From Gemmatimonadota bacterium (GTDB taxonomy: Bacteria > Gemmatimonadota > Gemmatimonadetes > Palauibacterales > KS3-K002), in assembly GCA_039589375.1 (NCBI GenBank), contig JBDHHL010000001.1, positions 1-39,162 on the forward strand: a stretch of 39,162 nucleotides of DNA, read 5' to 3'. The position numbers were made by a program, and so were the translations under genes. Below the pieces are notes generated by a model. The model did no database searches. It worked only from the letters and a program-made list of their open reading frames with translations, and was not told where the DNA came from. Positions 27,806 through 36,618 of this stretch are shown here, piece after piece (position 1 is the first letter of the stretch; each line of letters begins with the position of its first letter).

Positions 27806-29347
27806 TCAGATCCGACGCGCAGCCTGTTCGGCTCTGACCATTCTGGCCAGCTCGACGCGCCGGACTTTCCCGCTTCCCGTCATGGGAAACGCGTCTACGA
27901 AGCGTACAAGGTCGGGCACCTTGTACTGTGCGATTCGACCCCGGCAGAACTCCTTGATCTCGTCACCGGTCACGATCGCACCTTCTACAGGCAGGACGCA
28001 GGCGCAAGTGAGCTCACCCTGGACCTCATCCTCCAAACCGACCACCGCTGTCTCTTGCACGGCCGGATGGAGACGGAGCAGGTCCTCGAGCTCCCGAGGA
28101 TAGATCACATAGCCCCCGCGGTTGATCGTGTCCCGCTTGCGGCCGACGATGTGCAAGTAGCCATCCTCGTCCACCATCCCGATGTCGCCCGTTCGGAAGA
28201 ACCCGTCCTCTGTAAGGGAACGGTTCGTCTCGTCCGGCTGCCTGTAGTAACCCTTCATCACATTGAAGCCTCGGACCGCCAGCTCACCGATCGACTCCAC
28301 CGGCAGTACCGAGCAGTCATCGCCCAGAACCCTGACCTCGACTCCATCCAGCACTCGTCCCGCCGTAAAGCAACGTTTGTCCGAGGGATCGTCAGCCCGG
28401 GTCATCGACACCATCGGCGAGGTTTCCGTCATGCCGTACCCGATCTCGATCCCGGGCACGAGACGTTCGCGTATCTCCTGTGCCAGGCTGTCCAGGACCG
28501 GTGCGCCGGCCACCACTCCCGCCCGCAGGCTGGAGAGATCCAACCCGTCCAAGGCCTCGCTCCGCAATAGCATCGCGAACATCGTGGGCGCGCCTTGAAT
28601 CACCGAAGCGCGCGTCGCCTCCGCCATCTCGAGCGCAGCCGCGGCGTCGAACCGTCCCCGGACCGCGACGGCAGCACCGACGCTCAACGCCGCCATCAAC
28701 GTGCCGAGGCCGAAGATGTTGAACATCGGAACGGTCAACAGCGTCGTATCGTCCCGGGTCATCTTCAGTGCCTCGGCGACAGCGCCGTTCGCCTCCACCA
28801 GGTTGGCGTGCGTCAACATCACGCCCTTCGGCTTCCCCGTCGTGCCCGCCGTGTACAGTATCGCGAACACATCCTGCGCGGCGTCAAGATCGACCGGAGG
28901 GAAACTCCTCCCCTCCCCGCTCGACAGCAGGTCCTCGAACTGGAAGATCCTATCGTCGTACCAGAGATCCTCCTCCCCCACCGTCACCAGATACTGCAGG
29001 TCCGGCAGCGTGAACTGCATCCGCTCGAACAGCTCCAGATTGTCCTGCCCATCGTACTCTTCCGCCGCGATGACCACCGACGCTTCCGAATTCCGCAGCA
29101 TGAACTGCAGCTCGTGCGTCGAGTAGGCAGGGTTGAGCGGGACGATGCTCGCGCCCAGATTCGCCGCCGCCAGCACCGAAACGACGAACTCGGGGCCGTT
29201 GGGAAGGTCGATCGCGATTCGGTCCCCGGCGCCCACGCCCAGGTTGTAGAGCGCTGCTGCGAGGGCACATGACTGCTCCTGCGCACGCCCATAGGAAAGC
29301 GCCGCTCCCTCGTGCCTGACCAGCGGCCTGCCGGGTTCCTCGGCCAC
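27806..29347 (-). CDS. Acyl-CoA synthetase / class I adenylate-forming enzyme
   Basis: YTAGTTGKPKG, GYGMTE, FRTGD, YKVP, SGKV. The true start may lie upstream at 29404 (see findings). Confidence 0.9.
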   Translation of the reverse strand: MAEEPGRPLVRHEGAALSYGRAQEQSCALAAALYNLGVGAGDRIAIDLPNGPEFVVSVLAAANLGASIVPLNPAYSTHELQFMLRNSEASVVIAAEEYDGQDNLELFERMQFTLPDLQYLVTVGEEDLWYDDRIFQFEDLLSSGEGRSFPPVDLDAAQDVFAILYTAGTTGKPKGVMLTHANLVEANGAVAEALKMTRDDTTLLTVPMFNIFGLGTLMAALSVGAAVAVRGRFDAAAALEMAEATRASVIQGAPTMFAMLLRSEALDGLDLSSLRAGVVAGAPVLDSLAQEIRERLVPGIEIGYGMTETSPMVSMTRADDPSDKRCFTAGRVLDGVEVRVLGDDCSVLPVESIGELAVRGFNVMKGYYRQPDETNRSLTEDGFFRTGDIGMVDEDGYLHIVGRKRDTINRGGYVIYPRELEDLLRLHPAVQETAVVGLEDEVQGELTCACVLPVEGAIVTGDEIKEFCRGRIAQYKVPDLVRFVDAFPMTGSGKVRRVELARMVRAEQAARRI

Positions 29348-29482
29348 ACAACGGTCCAGCAGTTCCCGAACCGAAAGACCCGTGTAGCTCGCTCTATCGC
29401 GGATAGCTTCCCCCCAAGCGGAAGTTGCCGAATCGCAACAATTTGAACAGAAATCTACCGACCGTCAAACCCGACTCGATCC

Positions 29483-30610
29483 CTACCCGAACAGGGCAGC
29501 ACGAAGTGTCTCCTCGGTAACCTCGCGCGTCCACCCCATCTCGGCAGAACCCGCCACGGCTCCGATATCGTTGATCAGCGTGAAGCGGGTATGCCCCCCC
29601 TCACGCTTCTTGTCCAGTTCGAACGCCTTCATCAGATGATCGGGAACGACGTCTGCGTCCAACTCCACTGGCAGACGTGCCGAGACGAGCACATCCCGCA
29701 GCCGGTCCGTAACGCCCGGTCGCGTCACCCCGATCGCTTCCCCGATCGCGGCCTCCAAGACCATCCCCACCGCAACCGCCTCGCCGTGCAGCCAGCTGTA
29801 GCCAGAGACGGTCTCCTGGGCGTGAGCCACCGTATGCCCGAAGTTCAGGATCCGCCTGTACCCGGCCTCACGCTCGTCGCGACCCACCACCTCCGCCTTG
29901 ATCTCCACCGACCGGGCAACCAGTTGTGACAGCTTGTCCACTTCACGCGCAAACACGCCCGGCAGGCCTCCGGCCAGCCAGTCGAAATAAGCATCATCGA
30001 GGATCGCGCCGTGCTTGAATGCCTCTGCCAGGCCGGCGATGAACTGCGGCTCGGATAACGTGCTGAGCACCGTCGGGTCGATCAGAACCAGGCTCGGATG
30101 ATGGAACGCGCCCACCAGATTCTTGCCGGCCGAAGTGTCTACTCCGGTCTTGCCTCCTACGGAGCTGTCGACCATCGCCAGCAGCGTTGTCGGGATCTGC
30201 ACCACCGGCACTCCGCGCATGTACGTCGCCGCGACAAACCCCGCCAGGTCCCCTGCCACACCGCCGCCCACCGCGACGACGACGCTGTCACGACCGAAGC
30301 CGGCGCGCAGCAAACCGTCGCTCAGGTCCGACCATATCTCGCGCGTCTTGTTCCACTCACCTGCCGGAAACTTGAAGGGAACGCTCTCGAGGTTCTCACG
30401 CGCGAGCGCCGACTCCATTCGCTCGCCGTACAGCTCCGCAACGCGGCTGTCTGAGACTACCGCATAGCGATGAGCCGGGCAGGCCTCGGCGATCAGAGGC
30501 CCGCACTCGTCGAGAATACCGGCGCGAATCACGACATCGTAGGTGCTCGCCCTCTCGGCTCTCGCTGTATCGACGGCTACCCGGCGGTCTTCCAACTCTT
30601 CTTGTCCCAT
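29483..30610 (-). CDS. aroB: 3-dehydroquinate synthase
   Basis: GGGVAGDLAGF.AATYMRG, PTTLLAMVDSSVGGKTG, LNFGHT, HGEAV, DKK. Start uncertain. Confidence 0.95.
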   Translation of the reverse strand: MGQEELEDRRVAVDTARAERASTYDVVIRAGILDECGPLIAEACPAHRYAVVSDSRVAELYGERMESALARENLESVPFKFPAGEWNKTREIWSDLSDGLLRAGFGRDSVVVAVGGGVAGDLAGFVAATYMRGVPVVQIPTTLLAMVDSSVGGKTGVDTSAGKNLVGAFHHPSLVLIDPTVLSTLSEPQFIAGLAEAFKHGAILDDAYFDWLAGGLPGVFAREVDKLSQLVARSVEIKAEVVGRDEREAGYRRILNFGHTVAHAQETVSGYSWLHGEAVAVGMVLEAAIGEAIGVTRPGVTDRLRDVLVSARLPVELDADVVPDHLMKAFELDKKREGGHTRFTLINDIGAVAGSAEMGWTREVTEETLRAALFG

Positions 30611-30774
30611 CGAACGGTTCACATTCAGCATCAACGCACGCCAAACACGTGCAGCGTCTCGAGCCACCAAGCTAGCCACTCTGGATGGGACGATCAAATC
30701 GTCATTCGAGCTATCGCCTACCCGTCACGCACCCACATCGAGCCGATCTCGGTCGTCACGGCGGTACAAAAGTG

Positions 30775-30804
30775 TTTACAAAACTCTTTCCTTTTCATTA
30801 ATTT
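30775..30804 (+). promoter_or_regulatory. Putative promoter in the AT-rich divergent region upstream of the ATP-grasp/KamA operon
   Basis: TTTACA, 18-nt spacer, TAATTT within a markedly AT-rich stretch. Confidence 0.35.
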
Positions 30805-30953
30805 GTTTCTATCTTCGTTCGAGTTAAAAGCCGACAACTTCGTGCGAGCAGATGTGAGGTCGTTTCGTTCGGTCCTCGGACACTGCTTCGCTTTGCTGAA
30901 CTCCGACACGAGCGAGTACGATAGCACGCACAGCAGGTACAGCTCCCGACGCC

Positions 30954-32087
30954 GTGGAGGTTCGCCGCGGTTCGAACAATTTGCGCATCGGTTTCGCATT
31001 CAACGTGAAACCGTCGGCCGATGTATCACCATCGGCCGACGCCGACTCGCTCCAAAGCCAACCCTTTAACTTTAATTCTGACAACAAGATACAGCATCGG
31101 ATCGCGGCAGATGTTTCCGCGGATATTGCGGATACCTACGCCGAGTGGGATGACGAAACGACCATCGATGCGATCGAGAATTCACTCTCGTTTGCAGGCG
31201 AAGTCATCCGACTCGAAGCGACTGAAGATTTTCCGATCAACCTTCGCGAAGCGAGACCCGACATCGTTTTCAACTTCGCCGAGGGCCTGGGGGGGGTCAG
31301 TCGAGAGTCGCACGTACCCGCGTTCTGTGAGTTCTGGAATATCCCGTACACCGGCAGCGACCCTCTGACGCTGGGTCTCTGCCTCGACAAGGCGCGGACG
31401 AAGGAGGCGCTGATCCACCACGGGATACCCACGCCCGCTTACCAGGTGGTTGAGACCATCGAGGGGCTCGACCGCTCGATGGAGCTGCCGGTCATCGTGA
31501 AGCCGCTTCACGAAGGCTCGAGCATGGGCATCACAGCGCGATCACTGTGTGGTAGCTGGGAAGACGCCGAGCGCGAAATCGCCACGATCTTCGATCGCTA
31601 CCACGAGCCGGCGATCATCGAGAGGTTCCTTAGCGGACGCGAATTCACTGTTGCCGTCCTCGGCAACGACGGCGACGGACGCGTTCTTCCGATCGTCGAA
31701 CTGGATTTCGACGTTCTGCCAAGCGGCGCTCCACCTCTCTACGGCTTCGAGGCCAAGTGGATTTGGGACGGGCCCCATTCGCCGCTCGAGCTCTACGCGT
31801 GTCCCGCCAATTGCTCGCCGGCGTTGCAGAAGCGCATCGAAGGGATCGCGATGGCAGCGTTCAAGACTCTTCGCTGTCGAGATTGGGCCCGAATCGATAT
31901 TCGCTGCGACGAGTCGGACAACCCGTTCATCCTGGAGGTCAATCCCATACCCGGAGTTCTCCCGCAACTGGACAACAACTCGTGCTTCCCCAAGGCGGCA
32001 CGAGCGGCCGGACTGTCCTTCGACGACTTGATCCTGGCCGTTCTGAAAGCCGGCGCTGCTCGCTATGACCTTCGAGTCACCGTCTGA
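30954..32087 (+). CDS. D-Ala-D-Ala ligase-like ATP-grasp enzyme 1
   Basis: FNFAEG, PYTGS, DK, VKPLHEGSSMGI, GREFTV, RIDIR, LEVNPIPG; lacks the N-terminal GGxSxE of canonical Ddl. TTG at 30981 is an alternative start. Confidence 0.85.
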   Translation: MEVRRGSNNLRIGFAFNVKPSADVSPSADADSLQSQPFNFNSDNKIQHRIAADVSADIADTYAEWDDETTIDAIENSLSFAGEVIRLEATEDFPINLREARPDIVFNFAEGLGGVSRESHVPAFCEFWNIPYTGSDPLTLGLCLDKARTKEALIHHGIPTPAYQVVETIEGLDRSMELPVIVKPLHEGSSMGITARSLCGSWEDAEREIATIFDRYHEPAIIERFLSGREFTVAVLGNDGDGRVLPIVELDFDVLPSGAPPLYGFEAKWIWDGPHSPLELYACPANCSPALQKRIEGIAMAAFKTLRCRDWARIDIRCDESDNPFILEVNPIPGVLPQLDNNSCFPKAARAAGLSFDDLILAVLKAGAARYDLRVTV

Positions 32088-33189
32088 CCCGCGCGACGTG
32101 CAAGAGCGTCAGCTCTCGGTCGTACCCGGCCGTTCAGAATCGATGGAACGCGTCGCCGTGCTCGTCGACCAGGTGGCAGAACGCGCTTCCGGCGGTGATC
32201 TATTGGCTCCCGCCCAGGCGACCGTCCGGATCCTCTCCGTCCTCAGCGACCTCGGCTATCAACCGATCGAAGTATCGCTCGAGCCGGAGAAGACCGACGA
32301 GTGGCTCAAGGTCATCATGGACGGCGACTTCGATGTCGCGTTCAACCTCTGCGAGACGGTTGCGGGCATTGCCGCAGGCGAGTACCTGGCAGCCGCCGCC
32401 GTCGAGCTACTCGAACTGCCCATGACGGGCGCATCGGCCGCGACGCTGCTCCTCTGCCTCGACAAGGACCGCTGCTCGGCCATCCTGCGCACGAACGGGA
32501 TCAGCGTACCCGACTGGGCGGTCGTCGAAGAGGACGGCTCGCTACAGAAGGACTGGGAGCTTTTCCCCGTCATTGTGAAACCGGCGGCGGAGGACGCATC
32601 GAACGGAATCCACCCGAGCTCGATCGTGCGCTCGCACGGCGAGCTGCTCGAGGTCGTCAACCGCGTACAGGACAGTTGGGGGAGAGTCCTGATCCAGGAG
32701 TTCATCGAAGGGCGCGAGATCAACCTGGCCATAGTCGGAAAGCATCTGCTCCCGCCCGCGGAGATCGACTTCAGCACGCTGCCTGATGGATCGCCGCCTA
32801 TCGTCACGTTCGCGGCAAAGTGGCATCCCGACAGTCCAGAGTACGTCGGGACCGTCCCCATCTGTCCGGCACCGCTACCGCCTGGCAAAGCGGAACAGCT
32901 GCAGCGGCTGGCCGCGCGCACCTGGCAATTGATGGCCGGACGCGGTTACGCCCGGGTCGATATCAGACTCGCGGAGGACGGAACACCCTACGTCATCGAT
33001 ATCAACCCCAACCCCGACCTCTCCCTCGACGCAGGGTTGTTCCGCCAAGCTAGGGTCGCGGGCTGGTCGTACGAGGAGCTGATCGGGAGGATCGTCGAAG
33101 AAGCGCTACCTTCGGAGAACGGAGACGGCGTCGCGGACCACGGCTGGACCTTCGTTCAGCCACAGACTGAACGGATCGAAACGGTATGA
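32065..33189 (+). CDS. D-Ala-D-Ala ligase-like ATP-grasp enzyme 2
   Basis: FNLCE, DK, VKPAAEDASNGI, EFIEGRE, YARVDIR, DINPNPD. Confidence 0.85.
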   Translation: MTFESPSDPRDVQERQLSVVPGRSESMERVAVLVDQVAERASGGDLLAPAQATVRILSVLSDLGYQPIEVSLEPEKTDEWLKVIMDGDFDVAFNLCETVAGIAAGEYLAAAAVELLELPMTGASAATLLLCLDKDRCSAILRTNGISVPDWAVVEEDGSLQKDWELFPVIVKPAAEDASNGIHPSSIVRSHGELLEVVNRVQDSWGRVLIQEFIEGREINLAIVGKHLLPPAEIDFSTLPDGSPPIVTFAAKWHPDSPEYVGTVPICPAPLPPGKAEQLQRLAARTWQLMAGRGYARVDIRLAEDGTPYVIDINPNPDLSLDAGLFRQARVAGWSYEELIGRIVEEALPSENGDGVADHGWTFVQPQTERIETV

Positions 33190-33737
33190 GCTCACCGCTG
33201 GGGGCGCACTCGGAGCCGAGCGCGAAGACGTCGGTCGCGTCCGATCGTGCCGCGTCGTCAGCGATCGAGTGGAAACCGCCGCAAAGACCACATCGACCGA
33301 GGATCGCCGAGATCGTGGAAAGCGCCGGCGTCTTCAGGACCGACGAAGTCGACGTGGCGCTAGAAGTCTTTGATTGCTACTGCGATGCGCCCGGCAAGGA
33401 CTATTGGGCTATGGGCGCCTACTCGGAGCCGGATCAACTGGCCGGTTTCGCTTTCTACGGGCCGACACCCTGCACCGTAGACACCTGGGACCTCTATTGG
33501 ATCGTCGTGGGCACAGGGTTCCAGGGCCGCGGTGTCGGGCGCGGTCTGATCGAGCAGGTCGAGCAGCGGATACGCTCGGCCGGAGCTCGCATGTGCGTAA
33601 TCGAGACGTCGTCACGCGACGATTACTCCGCGACCCGCCGCTTCTACCTTAGCTGCGGTTATCGCGAGGTCGCGCGGATCGCTGACTTCTACGACGTCGG
33701 TGACGACAGGGTCACTTACGCAAAGCAGTTCGAGTAG
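33186..33737 (+). CDS. GNAT-family N-acetyltransferase
   Basis: DLYWIVV...QGRGVGRGL acetyl-CoA motif A and TRRFY..CGY; ATGA overlap with the upstream gene. Confidence 0.9.
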   Translation: MSSPLGAHSEPSAKTSVASDRAASSAIEWKPPQRPHRPRIAEIVESAGVFRTDEVDVALEVFDCYCDAPGKDYWAMGAYSEPDQLAGFAFYGPTPCTVDTWDLYWIVVGTGFQGRGVGRGLIEQVEQRIRSAGARMCVIETSSRDDYSATRRFYLSCGYREVARIADFYDVGDDRVTYAKQFE

Positions 33738-33830
33738 TCGCTGTCTCTCCGCGGTGGAGAGATACGGTGGGGTGGCCGGGCATCGTCCCTAGGCCTGCAT
33801 CTCTGGACCAGGATCGACGAGGTGTGCGAA

Positions 33831-34904
33831 ATGGGGAACTGGCAACAGGTACTCAAACAGAGTATTACTGACGTTGACCAGCTCATCGAACAGTTCGGCG
33901 AGGAGAACATCGACCGCCTGGCCGTTCAGGAAGCGATCGAGAGTTTCAACCTGAGGATCACACCTGCGGTGCTAGAGGCGATCAAGCAGACCGGTGACGC
34001 TTTCTGGCAGCAGTACGTGCCCTCGCCCGAGGAGAACGAAGTCCTCGACGGCAAGGCCGACTCACTCGGCGAGGACGATGATTCGCCGGTGCCGAACATC
34101 ACGCACCGGTACCCGGACCGCGTCCTCTTTCTCGTCAGCCCCGTCTGCGCCACTTATTGTCGCTTCTGCACGCGCAGGCGGAAGGTGGGCGATCCCGAGA
34201 AGATTCCCCTGAACCAGTTCAACTCGGCATTCAAGTACATCCGCGAGCACACAGAGATCCGTGACGTTATCCTCTCCGGCGGAGACCCGTTGATGCTATC
34301 GGATCGCCGCCTCGAACATATTCTGAAAAGGCTGCGCGACATTCCGCACGTCGAGATAATCCGGATCCATACGAGGATGCCGCACCACCTTCCCGAGCGC
34401 ATCACGCCGGAGCTGTGTGATACGATCGCCAACTATCACCCGGTATTCGTCAACGTGCACTTCAATCACCCGGCAGAGCTCACGCCCGAGGCGGAGGAGG
34501 CACTCTCCAGGCTCGCGAGCGCCGGCTGTCCGCTCGGCTCTCAGACCGTCGTGCTCAAGGATATCAACGACGACCCGGAGATCATGAAGCAGTTGATGCA
34601 AAAGCTGCTCAAGAACCGCGTACGGCCCTACTATCTCTACATGGCCGATCCTATTGCCGGGGCTGAGCATTTCCGCACCTCCATCGAGAAGGGCTTGGAG
34701 ATCATCAAGGCGCTGCGTGGCTGGACGTCGGGGCTCGCGGTGCCCCACTTCGTGATCGACGCGCCGGGCGGAGGAGGAAAGATCCCGCTGCTGCCGCAGT
34801 ATGTGGAGGAGATCAGCGACGACGAGGTGCTGATGCGCAATTATGCGGGCGATCTCTACAGCTATCCGTTGCCGAAGGAGTTGGTGCTGGCGTCTCTGCT
34901 GTGA
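33831..34904 (+). CDS. KamA-family radical SAM/PLP enzyme (lysine 2,3-aminomutase-like)
   Basis: HRYPDR, CATYCRFC, SGGDP, HFNHP.E, PYYLY, DAPGGGGKIP (PLP lysine). GAGG precedes ATG 33831. Confidence 0.92.
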   Translation: MGNWQQVLKQSITDVDQLIEQFGEENIDRLAVQEAIESFNLRITPAVLEAIKQTGDAFWQQYVPSPEENEVLDGKADSLGEDDDSPVPNITHRYPDRVLFLVSPVCATYCRFCTRRRKVGDPEKIPLNQFNSAFKYIREHTEIRDVILSGGDPLMLSDRRLEHILKRLRDIPHVEIIRIHTRMPHHLPERITPELCDTIANYHPVFVNVHFNHPAELTPEAEEALSRLASAGCPLGSQTVVLKDINDDPEIMKQLMQKLLKNRVRPYYLYMADPIAGAEHFRTSIEKGLEIIKALRGWTSGLAVPHFVIDAPGGGGKIPLLPQYVEEISDDEVLMRNYAGDLYSYPLPKELVLASLL

Positions 34905-34955
34905 AGTGAGAACTGCAGATCGCGAGGATGTCCGAAGGGGGGCGAGCGGAAACGC

Positions 34956-36227
34956 TCAGCCTCCCTTCGTGTCGAGATGGACCTCGGGCGGGTCGTCTAG
35001 CTCGACCCCTGTCCCCGTCTCCAAAACGCGCACGAAGGGCATGCCTTGCACCGTTAGCCGGTCAACGCGCGTCTGTCTGCCCTCTCCCACCAGGCGAGCC
35101 CCAGCGCCCTCGCCTCCGAAGCGCGCTATGAACGCCGTCCGGTAGGCGTCGGCGAACTCATCCGCGTCGGCCTCGGAATCCCATACGGTGTACCAGACGA
35201 GCCCCAGATCCGCCTCCCGGGACAGGACGGCGTACGCGTCACCGTCCCAGCCCGCGGAAGCTCTGGCCGCGAAGCTAGCGTCCCCGAGATGCTCCTCGAA
35301 GTAGATCCGCATCTCCAGTTCGCCCAGGTCGCCGGCGTACTTCACCTGCCAGCCTCCTGACGGCTCGGAGATCACCAGCGGGGTCGGCTCGTCGCGGCGC
35401 TCGAGCAGCTTCTCCGTATGCAGCAGTTGCTCCGTGGACTCGGGCAGCCAATCTCCTAGCGGCGGTGGCTTGTGCGACTGGGTGCGCCACAGCCTCTGCA
35501 CGTAGCGAGCGCCACCCAGGTAGGCGAACAGCAGCGGGTCCCTCACGATGGCCGGAGCTTCAGCCAGGCGAGGGAACGTCGCCGCGTTGACCACGGCGGC
35601 CGCCATCTCCGGTCCCAGGTCGGGAAGTTCCTCCGACGGCGCCCCGAGCTGATACGAGAACATGGCAACCGTGGCCTGGCCTTCCATGGCGGCCTGGATC
35701 GCCGAACGCGCGTCGTTTCGCGTCACCGAATGGACCAGCGAATCGAGATCGACCTGCTGGTCCTGAAGAGCGTGCACGAGCTCGTGTGCGACCACCGCGT
35801 CCAGCATCGCAGGGGGAGCGTCCTCGCGGATGAAGAGGACGTCGCGGGCCGGATCGTAGTAGCCCACCGCCTGCTCGAGCATCAGGTCGATCAGCAGTCG
35901 GCGAACGTCCACCGTATCCGGGATCAGGTCGAAGAGCTTGTACGCCAGCGCCAGGTTCTCCAGCGAGTCACCGGGGAACTCCGACTCGAGTTGTTCCAAG
36001 AGATAGGCCTCCAGCGTCTCGGCGCTGGCGCGTCGCACGGCGGGAACCCGCTTCGCCTCCAGGGCCGCGTATTCCTCAACCTGGGGCAGAAACTCCTCGA
36101 CCATGCGCTCCAGCTCGGGATCGCTAACGCTGGCCTGCTGGCCTTCAGAGTCCCGGCTGCAGGCGCCAGCGGCCCACGCGACGGCCACGGCCAGGACGAT
36201 CGAAGCAAGCGATGTCCGACGCCTCAT
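34956..36227 (-). CDS. Lipoprotein with zincin-like HExxH metallopeptidase motif
   Basis: Lipobox AGAC; GYYDP; AHELVHALQDQ followed by AMEGQA (third ligand); P.STEQ.LH; AGWDGD. Confidence 0.75.
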   Translation of the reverse strand: MRRRTSLASIVLAVAVAWAAGACSRDSEGQQASVSDPELERMVEEFLPQVEEYAALEAKRVPAVRRASAETLEAYLLEQLESEFPGDSLENLALAYKLFDLIPDTVDVRRLLIDLMLEQAVGYYDPARDVLFIREDAPPAMLDAVVAHELVHALQDQQVDLDSLVHSVTRNDARSAIQAAMEGQATVAMFSYQLGAPSEELPDLGPEMAAAVVNAATFPRLAEAPAIVRDPLLFAYLGGARYVQRLWRTQSHKPPPLGDWLPESTEQLLHTEKLLERRDEPTPLVISEPSGGWQVKYAGDLGELEMRIYFEEHLGDASFAARASAGWDGDAYAVLSREADLGLVWYTVWDSEADADEFADAYRTAFIARFGGEGAGARLVGEGRQTRVDRLTVQGMPFVRVLETGTGVELDDPPEVHLDTKGG

Positions 36228-36604
36228 GCCTCGTACTCCGCCCATGCCCCGGGTACCTGCGTCACCCTCACCTTCGCCAGTCGCACTCGCTCTCCGAACT
36301 CACGCTCGAACTCTCGGCTCAGGCGCTGGAAGAAGTACTCGGCCTGCCGCTCCGCGCTGGGGACGCAGTCAGCGAAGGGCTCGAGCTCGTTCAGCAGGCG
36401 GTGGTCGAGAACCGCGGCGACCTCGTCCAGCAGCGGCTGCGCCCTCTCGAAATCGACCACGAAGCCGGACTCGTCCAGGCCGTCGGCCTCGAGCACAGCT
36501 TCCACCGTATACCCGTGACCGTGAGTCCTGCCGGCCGGTCCCTTGTCTCCGGGGATGAAGAGGGCCGAATCGTAGGACGCCGTGACCGCCGCACGGTACA
36601 CCAT
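36224..36604 (-). CDS. Atypical 6-pyruvoyl-tetrahydropterin synthase family (COG0720) protein
   Basis: HGH.Y.VE, GFVVDF, LDHRLLN, PSAE; no Cys before HGH and the first His is replaced (DSALF). Confidence 0.8.
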   Translation of the reverse strand: MVYRAAVTASYDSALFIPGDKGPAGRTHGHGYTVEAVLEADGLDESGFVVDFERAQPLLDEVAAVLDHRLLNELEPFADCVPSAERQAEYFFQRLSREFEREFGERVRLAKVRVTQVPGAWAEYEA

Positions 36605-36618
36605 CGACGCCGGCTTTC

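Noticed and set aside
30954-33189. Canonical ddl or van-type resistance ligases
   Set aside because: The GGxSxE motif is missing and there are no mur/fts or vanH/vanX neighbours.
33831-34904. EpmB (EF-P beta-lysylation) assignment for the KamA gene
   Set aside because: No efp or epmA is nearby and the context is ATP-grasp/GNAT; it cannot be fully excluded without a phylogeny.
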